Positions 1 through 8,315 of a stretch of 32,000 nucleotides of DNA are shown here, piece by piece (the first letter of the stretch is position 1; every line of letters starts with the position of its first letter). This stretch comes from Alkanindiges sp. WGS2144 (lineage in GTDB: Bacteria > Pseudomonadota > Gammaproteobacteria > Pseudomonadales > Moraxellaceae): NCBI RefSeq assembly GCF_043950625.1, contig NZ_CP171007.1, one strand, 5' to 3'. The notes under the pieces were generated by a model that saw only the letters and a program-made list of their open reading frames with translations, was not told the DNA's origin and ran no database searches. The position numbers were made by a program, and so were the translations under genes.

Positions 1-307
1 TGACCCGCGGAACCAGATACAGGCCATCCTGAGTGGCAGGCGCAACAGCCTGATAACTGGCTCGCTGATTGGTTTCACTGACTACATCGTCCCGCAGTGG
101 CTGGGCATGGTCAAACGGGCTTTTAAGGGGTTCAATTCCTGTGGTATCAATAGCCTGTAATGCCTGCATCAAAGACAAGACCTTATTTAAATTTTCGGCG
201 TACTCGGCTGCCCTGGCTTCATCAATGGCCAGGCGGCTTAACATGGCGATTTTTTTAATATCGCTAGCGCTTAGTGAGTCGTTGTTCTGGTTAGTGTTTG
301 CTGACAT
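1..307 (-). CDS. gatC: Asp/Glu-tRNA(Asn/Gln) amidotransferase subunit C (GatC); 3' end runs off the left edge
   Basis: Not in the ORF track because there is no stop in the window. A reverse-strand ATG at 307..305 opens MSANTNQNNDSLSASDIKKIAMLSRLAIDEARAAEYAENLNKVLSLMQALQAIDTTGIEPLKSPFDHAQPLRDDVVSETNQRASYQAVAPATQDGLYLVPRV. This is GatC-like in sequence and length, with about 102 codons visible. It is divergent from mreB. Confidence 0.85.
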   Translation of the reverse strand, partial: MSANTNQNNDSLSASDIKKIAMLSRLAIDEARAAEYAENLNKVLSLMQALQAIDTTGIEPLKSPFDHAQPLRDDVVSETNQRASYQAVAPATQDGLYLVPRV

Positions 308-380
308 AAAATGCCCCCAGCATTGGCATAAAAAAAGGATTGCGGCACGTTATCATAAACCACGGACTTGTCCAAATAGC

Positions 381-1505
<1,125 letters not shown>

Positions 1506-1548
1506 TCTTTTTTGCTGGATTACTGGTTTTTAGTAAAAGGCGGTTGCG

Positions 1549-2406
1549 GTGCAATCCAATATTTTTAGCCGTCAGCCGCCAGCTTTTCGTTCTTTAACGC
1601 TGGCGCTGATAGCCTGCTTTGCGCTGATGTTTGCTGACTGGCGCTACCCACAGTTTGTGCTGCCGGCGCGGGCTTTTGTGCATCAGGCATTTAATCCCAT
1701 TTATGCAGTGGCCAATTATCCGGTATTGTCCGGCGACTGGCTGCGCCAGCAAAGCAAGTCAGAAGACCAGCTACGCCGTGAAAATACCGCCATGCGTGCC
1801 GAGTTATTACAGGCACGGGTGCGTTTGCAAAAGCTGGCAGAATTGTCGGCAGAAAATACGCGCTTGCGTGGTTTGCTCAATACGCCGCTTATTATTGATG
1901 GCCGTATGTTGATTAGCGAAATTATTGGCACCGATACTGACCCCTTGCGCCAGATTTTAATTATTAATAAAGGCCGTCATGATCAATTGCGGCAGGGGCA
2001 AACCATTTTAGATGACAAGGGCATTATGGGGCAGATTATTGACGTGTACCCGCATAGTGCCAGAGTCATGCTGTTATCCGATAAGGAACATGCCATTTCG
2101 GTGCGTATTGAGCGTACCGGGGTGCGAGGCATTATTGCCGGTACAGGTGACAGTACCCGGCTGAGCATGCAATACGTGCCCAATACGGCAGACATTAAAC
2201 CCGGTGACCGGCTGATCAGCTCCGGGCTGGGTGAGCAGTTTCCGGCAGGTTATCCGGTGGGTACAGTCAGCAAGGTACAGCGTCATGGCAGCGGGGAGTT
2301 TGCCACGATTGATATCAGACCAGCTGCCCAGTTGCAGGGTGGGCACCATGTGGTGGTGTTGTTTTCCGAGCCCCTAGCCAAGGAACAGCCTTATGCCATC
2401 CCCTGA
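1549..2406 (+). CDS. mreC: Rod-shape-determining protein MreC
   Basis: GTG start. It has an N-terminal TM segment, then a coiled-coil stretch (LRRENTAMRAELLQARVRLQKLAEL), then beta-rich domains (GQIIDVYPHSARVMLLSD; SSGLGEQFPAGYPVG). Its position directly after mreB fits. Confidence 0.9.
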   Translation: MQSNIFSRQPPAFRSLTLALIACFALMFADWRYPQFVLPARAFVHQAFNPIYAVANYPVLSGDWLRQQSKSEDQLRRENTAMRAELLQARVRLQKLAELSAENTRLRGLLNTPLIIDGRMLISEIIGTDTDPLRQILIINKGRHDQLRQGQTILDDKGIMGQIIDVYPHSARVMLLSDKEHAISVRIERTGVRGIIAGTGDSTRLSMQYVPNTADIKPGDRLISSGLGEQFPAGYPVGTVSKVQRHGSGEFATIDIRPAAQLQGGHHVVVLFSEPLAKEQPYAIP

Positions 2407-2902
2407 TTATCGTCTTGGTCTGGGTTCAGGGCGTAAGGCACGTGATCCCCTGCTGGCCATTGTTGTTAGTATTATACTTGGCTCGGTATTGGTGGTTTAT
2501 CCGGTGCCTTATGAGCTGGCTTCCTGGCGTCCACTGTTTTTTTTATTGCTCATGTTATTCTGGGCACTATGCCAGCCAGCCTGGTGTGGTATCTGGTTTG
2601 CCTTCTTTCTAGGTCTGGCATCGGATGTGATGCTGGATGCCATGCTCGGTCAGCATGCCTTGAGTTTTGTAGTGATTGCTTTTCTGGTGCGCTATTTTAC
2701 CCGTAACCAGCGGGTGCTCACTTTTATCAATCTGTGGATTGTGGTAACCAGCGCCATCTTTTTACACTTGCTGATTCAGTTGTTTATACAGGAAATGGCA
2801 GGTATCCAGTTTTCCATTATGAAACACTGGCGTCCACTGTGGAGTAGTGTGCTACTGTGGCCAGTTGTTTATTATTTATTAAAGCGATGGCGGGTAGGAT
2901 AA
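2393..2902 (+). CDS. mreD: Rod-shape-determining protein MreD
   Basis: Polytopic hydrophobic 169-aa protein. Its ATG overlaps the mreC 3' end by 14 nt, and an AAGGAA Shine-Dalgarno lies 6 nt upstream. The position is the conserved mreBCD one. Confidence 0.85.
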   Translation: MPSPDYRLGLGSGRKARDPLLAIVVSIILGSVLVVYPVPYELASWRPLFFLLLMLFWALCQPAWCGIWFAFFLGLASDVMLDAMLGQHALSFVVIAFLVRYFTRNQRVLTFINLWIVVTSAIFLHLLIQLFIQEMAGIQFSIMKHWRPLWSSVLLWPVVYYLLKRWRVG

Positions 2903-2907
2903 CCAGC

Positions 2908-3462
2908 ATGATTGTTCTTGCTTCAAGCTCTCCCAGGCGGCGTGAGTTATTACAACAAGTAGGGATTGACTTTGAAGTCCATAGTTTTGAGATTGATGAA
3001 AGCCCGCATTTGCATGAGGCACCTGCTGATTATGTAGTGCGTCTGGCCATCCAGAAAGCCCAGGCAGCCATTGCGCAATTGGCACCGGACACCATTGTGA
3101 TTGCCGCTGACACCACCGTCACCATTGATGGGCAAATCCTGGGCAAACCAGCCAGTCAGGCCGATGCCTTTGCCATGTGGCATCGACTATCTGGCCGCGA
3201 TCATTTTGTAATGACCGGCGTGGCCGTGGCAAAAAACCAGACCGTGCTGCATCGCCGGGTGACCACAGAAGTTCATTTTACCCATTTAACCGCTGCTGAT
3301 ATGCAGGCTTACTGGCAAAGCGGTGAGCCGCTGGGTAAGGCAGGAGGCTATGCCATTCAGGGGCTGGGTGCTGCTTTTATTCCAAAAATTCATGGCAGCT
3401 ATAGCAATGTGGTTGGCTTGCCATTATTTGAAACGCTCGATTTGCTTAAAGAAATTCAGTAA
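2908..3462 (+). CDS. maf: Maf/YhdE-type nucleoside triphosphate pyrophosphatase
   Basis: MIVLASSSPRRRELLQQVGIDFEV...AGGYAIQG...GSYSNVVGLPL is the Maf signature. The ATG at 2908 lies 5 nt after the mreD stop. The ORF-track start at 2857 overlaps mreD and adds non-conserved residues. Confidence 0.9.
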   Translation: MIVLASSSPRRRELLQQVGIDFEVHSFEIDESPHLHEAPADYVVRLAIQKAQAAIAQLAPDTIVIAADTTVTIDGQILGKPASQADAFAMWHRLSGRDHFVMTGVAVAKNQTVLHRRVTTEVHFTHLTAADMQAYWQSGEPLGKAGGYAIQGLGAAFIPKIHGSYSNVVGLPLFETLDLLKEIQ

Positions 3463-3483
3463 CTTATAGTAGACTTATGCCTG

Positions 3484-3522
3484 GCAGACAGGTGGATGGC
3501 AAATTGCTGCGAACCTGTCTGC
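3484..3522 (+). other. Perfect 10-bp stem / 19-nt loop hairpin in the maf-rng spacer
   Basis: GCAGACAGGT (3484..3493) pairs with ACCTGTCTGC (3513..3522). No T-run follows. It lies about 40 nt upstream of the rng ATG. Confidence 0.4.
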
Positions 3523-3562
3523 AAGACGTGTGACCGGCGGGATACGACCTTTGGAAAACAGA

Positions 3563-5017
3563 ATGTCAGAAGAGCTCTTGATTAATATCACACCAATGGA
3601 GTGCCGGGTTGCACTCATTGAGAATGGTGTTGTACAGGAGTTGTTTGTTGAGCGTACTGCACGACGCGGCCTGGTAGGTAATATCTACAATGGCCGGGTG
3701 GTGCGGGTGCTGCCGGGAATGCAGGCGGCTTTTGTAGAAATTGGCCTGTCGCGTACTGCATTTTTACATATTAATGATATGGTCTGGCCGCGCCAGCAAC
3801 CTACCCCTAATGTGTTTGAGCTACTGCAAACGGGTCAGCAGGTTACTGTGCAGGTCATGAAGGACATGCTGGGCAGTAAGGGTGCCAGACTGACGACTGA
3901 TTTATCCATCCCTTCGCGGTATCTGGTACTCATGCCTTATGGGCACCATACCGGCATTAGCCAGCGCATTGAACTGGATGAGGAGCGCGAACGGCTAAAA
4001 ACCCTGATTGAGGAGATTCAGGCGGAGCATCAGTTACCGGGTGGGGTGATTGTCCGTACCGCAGCCGAAGGGGTAGGGCGTGAAGACCTGGAACAGGATG
4101 TACGCTATCTGGCACGTTTGTGGGAATATATCCAGCGCCAGCAAAAACAAGTACCTGCGCCCGGTTTGATCTTTGAGGAGCTACCGCTGCCACGCCGGAT
4201 TGTGCGTGATCTGGCGGGTGAGCATACCAGTAAGATTTATGTCGATTCGCGTGAAATCTACAGCAAGCTGAGCGGGTTTGTTGAAGAATTTGTGCCCATG
4301 ATGAAAGACCGGCTGTATCACTATCCCGGTGAGCGGCCGCTGTTTGATTTATACAATGTGGAAGACGACCTGCAAAAGGCGTTACAGGCACGGGTCGCCT
4401 TAAAGTCAGGGGGATACCTGATGATTGACCAGACCGAAGCCATGACCACGATTGATGTAAACACCGGTTCATTTGTGGGTGGCCGCTCACTGGAAGATAC
4501 CGTGTTCAAAACCAATCTGGAGGCCACGCATGTGATTGCCCGCCAGCTACGCCTGCGTAATCTGGGTGGGATCATCATTATTGACTTCATTGATATGCAG
4601 GTTGCGGCGCATCGTGAAGAAGTGATGAAATCGCTGGAAAAAATGCTGGAGCGTGACCACGCCAAAACCAAGATTACCCAGGTATCCGAGCTGGGTCTGG
4701 TGGAAATGACCCGTAAGCGCACCCGCGAATCACTGGGTCATCTATTATGTGAGCCCTGTCCCACTTGTCAGGGCAAGGGTTATGTCAAAACTGCCGAAAC
4801 TGTATGCTTTGAGATTTTTAGGGAAATCCTGCGCTGCGCCCGGGCCTATCAGGCGCCAGAGGGCTATACCGTGGTCGCCAACCCGGCCATTATTGACCGT
4901 TTGCTGTCTACCGAAGCCACCGCTGTTGCCGATCTGGAACATTTTATTGGTCGTGTGATCAAGTTTCAAGTTGAGAATTTATACACGCAAGAACAATATG
5001 ATATTGTTCTCAGTTAG
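3563..5017 (+). CDS. rng: Ribonuclease G (RNase E/G family)
   Basis: MSEELLINITPMECRVALIENGVVQELFVER, an S1 domain (GNIYNGRVVRVLPGMQAAFVEIG), and the catalytic region (IDQTEAMTTIDVNTG, GGIIIIDFIDM). The ATG at 3563 matches the conserved RNase G N-terminus. Confidence 0.93.
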   Translation: MSEELLINITPMECRVALIENGVVQELFVERTARRGLVGNIYNGRVVRVLPGMQAAFVEIGLSRTAFLHINDMVWPRQQPTPNVFELLQTGQQVTVQVMKDMLGSKGARLTTDLSIPSRYLVLMPYGHHTGISQRIELDEERERLKTLIEEIQAEHQLPGGVIVRTAAEGVGREDLEQDVRYLARLWEYIQRQQKQVPAPGLIFEELPLPRRIVRDLAGEHTSKIYVDSREIYSKLSGFVEEFVPMMKDRLYHYPGERPLFDLYNVEDDLQKALQARVALKSGGYLMIDQTEAMTTIDVNTGSFVGGRSLEDTVFKTNLEATHVIARQLRLRNLGGIIIIDFIDMQVAAHREEVMKSLEKMLERDHAKTKITQVSELGLVEMTRKRTRESLGHLLCEPCPTCQGKGYVKTAETVCFEIFREILRCARAYQAPEGYTVVANPAIIDRLLSTEATAVADLEHFIGRVIKFQVENLYTQEQYDIVLS

Positions 5018-5153
5018 ATCATAAAATGTGAACCAGTTACAGTGTTATAAGTTATTACATAAACAAGTCGTTTTTTGTTAACCTCTACTTGCTGGAGTTT
5101 TATACTGATTACATAGCCAAAGACGACATGACGTCTGGTAGCGAGGTGAATGT

Positions 5154-5336
5154 ATGAACGCACACAGCAAAGTATTTAATAGCCTAAGTCAGGGCAAGCT
5201 GGCTTCAAACCATCATGCGGCTGGTTATCTGATTGGAGAGCAGGGCGAAGTATTGAAGATCACTGAAGCCATGATCAAGCATGCCTGCCAGGAGTTAAAA
5301 GCCCGTTGTCAGTTACCGGCTAACCTTAAGCGTTAA
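5154..5336 (+). CDS. Hypothetical small protein (60 aa)
   Basis: A GAGGTG Shine-Dalgarno lies 6-7 nt before the ATG. The ORF is followed by a strong hairpin terminator. I recognise no family. Confidence 0.55.
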   Translation: MNAHSKVFNSLSQGKLASNHHAAGYLIGEQGEVLKITEAMIKHACQELKARCQLPANLKR

Positions 5337-5352
5337 TCAAAGTTCTTGTCAT

Positions 5353-5391
5353 GAAAAGGCCAGCATTCTGAAGGTGATTGCTGGCCTTTTC
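5353..5391. terminator. Bidirectional intrinsic terminator between convergent genes
   Basis: GAAAAGGCCAGCA (5353..5365) pairs with TGCTGGCCTTTTC (5379..5391). The 13-bp stem is flanked by A-run and T-run, so it reads as a terminator on both strands. Confidence 0.7.
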
Positions 5392-5420
5392 ATTGCTGCG
5401 ATCTTTAAAGTCAACAATCA

Positions 5421-5660
5421 TTAAAAGCCAGTAAAACGTGCCGCAGGCGCAATGAGCCCGACCACAAACCATAGTGTGGTTAAAATCCACATCAGTAAGG
5501 CATAAAAGCGGATTTGTTCGGCCTGCCAGTCAGCCGTAAACCATTCCAGAAAAAACCAGGCTTTCCAGCCTTCTAGCCACTGTGCGCCACTCCAGGACAG
5601 GATCCACTTCCACCATAAACTATTGAGCACATAAATGATGATCCATAAAGAAACGGACAT
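5421..5660 (-). CDS. Hypothetical Trp-rich small membrane protein (79 aa)
   Basis: An AGGAAA Shine-Dalgarno lies 5 nt before the ATG, and the gene starts 23 nt downstream of the coaX stop on the same strand. It has two hydrophobic segments and 12 Trp in 79 residues. Confidence 0.6.
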   Translation of the reverse strand: MSVSLWIIIYVLNSLWWKWILSWSGAQWLEGWKAWFFLEWFTADWQAEQIRFYALLMWILTTLWFVVGLIAPAARFTGF

Positions 5661-5683
5661 GTTGTTTTCCTAAAAATTCTGGC

Positions 5684-6412
5684 TTAAGTCGCAAAAAAGC
5701 GCATAAGGCCTTTAAGCAACAAATCAGGCTCTAAAATAATTTCCGTTTTCTGTTGTAGGAAACTGGCAAAGATGGGTGCATCGCCACCGGTCAATACAAT
5801 CTGCCGGGCGGGATTATGCTGAATAATTTTTTCAATGGCACCGAGCAAACCCAGCAGAATGCCGTGGTGTACTGCATCGCTGGTATTGCGCCCGGGATAG
5901 AGGTCGCTAAAGGCCTGCTCTGGAATTTTAATCCCCTTGGTACCCTGGGTGAGCGAATCACGCTGTAAATACAGACTTGGCAAGATATAGCCGCCCAGAT
6001 GCTGGTTGTTGTCCAGTAAATCAATGGTTAGTGCGGTGCCACAACCTATAATGCAGTATTGTTTGTTTTGCCCAGCCAGTGCCAGTACCTGCAACCAGCG
6101 GTCAATACCCAGCTGCGCCGGTTGATCATAGCCGGTTTGCAATCCCTGATGGCTGGCCTTAACCTGTGCAAAGCGTACCGGCGCATGAAGGCGGCCTAAG
6201 ATATGCTGCACGCGCTGGTGGGATTGTTCATCCAGCACTGAAGAAATACCAATTTCATGCGGCGAGAAGTGAGCAAACCGGTCAACCAGGCCCAGCAGTA
6301 AATCAGCCGGAGATTGCAGGTGTAATTCCGCGCCATTGGCCTGCATTTCACCATTGACGGTAAGCCAGTATTTTAAGCGGGTATTGCCAATGTCTAACCA
6401 AAGCTGACGCAT
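5684..6412 (-). CDS. coaX: Type III pantothenate kinase (CoaX/Baf)
   Basis: [16 protein letters not shown] (the DxGNT phosphate-1 motif), [15 protein letters not shown] and VLTGGDA. The first ATG is at 6412. The ORF-track TTG start at 6445 overlaps the birA stop. Confidence 0.88.
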   Translation of the reverse strand: MRQLWLDIGNTRLKYWLTVNGEMQANGAELHLQSPADLLLGLVDRFAHFSPHEIGISSVLDEQSHQRVQHILGRLHAPVRFAQVKASHQGLQTGYDQPAQLGIDRWLQVLALAGQNKQYCIIGCGTALTIDLLDNNQHLGGYILPSLYLQRDSLTQGTKGIKIPEQAFSDLYPGRNTSDAVHHGILLGLLGAIEKIIQHNPARQIVLTGGDAPIFASFLQQKTEIILEPDLLLKGLMRFFAT

Positions 6413-6441
6413 CTGGATTACTCGTGAACACAAAAGAAAAA

Positions 6442-7317
6442 TCAAATCACAGGACGAACCTGCCCACTATAAATGATTTTTTGCCCACTTGCTGTATCCA
6501 GTAACAGTGCGCCATCAGTCTGAATACCCCTTGCTGCGCCTTCGATATCGGCCAGCGCGGGCTGATGAATGATCACTTGTTGATTAAGTAAGGCATCGAA
6601 CCTTGCAAAACGGTCAGGCAGGTATGGGCTACCCTGTTCAAAGTGCTGGCAAGCCTGCAATAGCGCCAGCGTCACCTGAATGGCCAGTTCCACCTGATCC
6701 AGCGTGTGACCAGTCATGGTACTTAAGTCACTGACACACTGGTCTGTCACCAGCGCCTGCATGGGCTTTAGGTTTAATCCCACCCCAATCACCACCCGTT
6801 GCTCACTGCATGGCTCAATTAAAATACCACCCCATTTGGCACCTTTAAAATACAGGTCATTAGGCCACTTGACCTGTAAATCGGGACATTGGCTAAGCAG
6901 GGGCATATTAAGCAGGCTTAAGGCCACTTCCAGTGCCAGACGCCCACTGACTGGTTGCCCTAAGGTCCATAACAACGACAGATACAAGTTACCCTCGGGC
7001 GAGTGCCATATGCGTCCGGCCTGACCACGTCCAGCCTGCTGGTGATTGCTCAGGACGAGTGCCGCCGGGCTATCGATTGTCCTGGCTGCATCATTGGTGG
7101 AGGTGGTACTGTTTAGCCAGTATACCGGGTTAAGCTGCTGTACATCCTGATATATTGTGCTTCGATGTGGAGTGTCATGAGGCGAGACCTCTTGTTGGCT
7201 CATCATCTGGTATTTTAATGCTGCCTTTAACGCATGCACCCGCACATCCTGTTCAATTAGGGAATCTGTTTCAGGTTCAAGTGTACTATGAGGTGGGCGT
7301 TGCTGCATAATAGCCAT
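6442..7317 (-). CDS. birA: Biotin--[acetyl-CoA-carboxylase] ligase (BirA-like, no recognisable HTH)
   Basis: STTSTNDAA...[26 protein letters not shown] matches the BPL GRGRxGRxWxSP motif, and KWPNDLY is also present. The N-terminal 60 or so residues do not resemble the E. coli BirA wHTH. The start codon is uncertain because no clear Shine-Dalgarno is visible. Confidence 0.85.
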   Translation of the reverse strand: MAIMQQRPPHSTLEPETDSLIEQDVRVHALKAALKYQMMSQQEVSPHDTPHRSTIYQDVQQLNPVYWLNSTTSTNDAARTIDSPAALVLSNHQQAGRGQAGRIWHSPEGNLYLSLLWTLGQPVSGRLALEVALSLLNMPLLSQCPDLQVKWPNDLYFKGAKWGGILIEPCSEQRVVIGVGLNLKPMQALVTDQCVSDLSTMTGHTLDQVELAIQVTLALLQACQHFEQGSPYLPDRFARFDALLNQQVIIHQPALADIEGAARGIQTDGALLLDTASGQKIIYSGQVRPVI

Positions 7318-7474
7318 AATGAGTAAGACCAGCGAATGCGTCTAGAGTGTCGCAGGTGGTCTGCACTGTCAATACGTATATACTGTGATAACAATCTCTT
7401 AAAAGAACTGCCAGCCTCTGTTGTCCAGTTTTTTTCGCATTTACCTCTGCCAATTGTCTTAAAATAATGTAAAA

Positions 7475-7486
7475 ATGTCGGACAAT
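7475..7486. promoter_or_regulatory. Candidate GntR/FadR-type operator (aTGTCgGACAat)
   Basis: The palindrome TGTC-G-GACA fits the generic FadR-subfamily pattern T.GT.NNN.AC.A. A further ATTGTC half-site lies at 7453..7458. It sits in the birA / GntR divergent intergenic region, about 100 bp upstream of the regulator ATG. Confidence 0.3.
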
Positions 7487-7586
7487 ATTGCTGAGTAGTC
7501 AGCAGGATTCTGTTATACAAGCCAGCAGACTCAAGGGTAGCAAACCAGTCATTCTTCATTAAGATAACAATATAATAGGTAGCATA

Positions 7587-8282
7587 ATGAGCTTTCAGGC
7601 GTCGATGAGCTTATCGGAGCAAATTGCAAAACACATTGCAGAGCAGATTATTACCGGCGAACTGGTAGAAGGTGAGCGTATCCAGGAATTGCGTATTGCC
7701 AAAGAGCTGGATGTCAGCCGTGGTTCAGTGCGTGAAGCTTTGCTGATTCTGGAGCGCACCCGGCTGATTGATATTTTTCCCCGTCGTGGAGCCATTGTGG
7801 CCGAAATGTCGGCTCAGCAGGTACACTGTCTGTTTGATACCAGCGCCATCATTCTGGGAGCACTGGTGCAGCGTACCAGTGAGCGCTGGCGCCAGAATGA
7901 TAATGACCAGATGAATGCGCTGATGCAGCAGCTGCATGAACAGGTCAAGCTGGGCGATATTGAAAAATTTTATGATCTGGTGTTTCTATTTTTGCAGGAT
8001 TGCCATGCCATTGTGGACAACCCTTACTTAAAAACTATTTTTGATAATTTGCTGCCGGCATTAAGGCGCAGTTATTTTTTAACCCTGAATACCTCAAGGC
8101 GCGAGCTGCAAGAAGCCTTTGACTTGTTCCGGCATGTGGTTGATGCCATGCTGATTCGTAAAGGTGGACAGGCCGCATTATTTATGGAAGATTTTTGCCG
8201 CCATTTGCGTCATCTGGTGCTGGATTCTCTGGCGCGTATGAAACAGATCGAACTGGCCTGGGCACAGCGTTCACGGCGCTGA
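7587..8282 (+). CDS. GntR-family transcriptional regulator with FCD-type C-terminal domain
   Basis: The N-terminal wHTH ELRIAKELDVSRGSVREALLILERTRLI is the GntR signature. The C-terminal part is all-helical and of FCD-like length. Confidence 0.85.
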   Translation: MSFQASMSLSEQIAKHIAEQIITGELVEGERIQELRIAKELDVSRGSVREALLILERTRLIDIFPRRGAIVAEMSAQQVHCLFDTSAIILGALVQRTSERWRQNDNDQMNALMQQLHEQVKLGDIEKFYDLVFLFLQDCHAIVDNPYLKTIFDNLLPALRRSYFLTLNTSRRELQEAFDLFRHVVDAMLIRKGGQAALFMEDFCRHLRHLVLDSLARMKQIELAWAQRSRR

Positions 8283-8315
8283 TTGGGATTTTAGGCGGGA
8301 ATATAAGCAAATAAC

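Noticed and set aside
3957-4722. 177-aa and 133-aa antisense ORFs inside rng
   Set aside because: They are fully embedded in a strongly supported RNase G frame and have no motifs or ribosome-binding sites.
7257-7559. 100-aa minus-strand ORF in the birA / GntR divergent region
   Set aside because: It overlaps the birA 5' end out of frame, has no Shine-Dalgarno, and has a low-complexity composition. The region is better explained as divergent promoter DNA.
7571-7576. TATAAT hexamer 10 nt upstream of the GntR-regulator ATG as its -10 element
   Set aside because: No acceptable -35 lies at 16-18 bp, and it would force a leaderless transcript. An AGG at 7577..7579 suggests this stretch is part of the translated leader instead.
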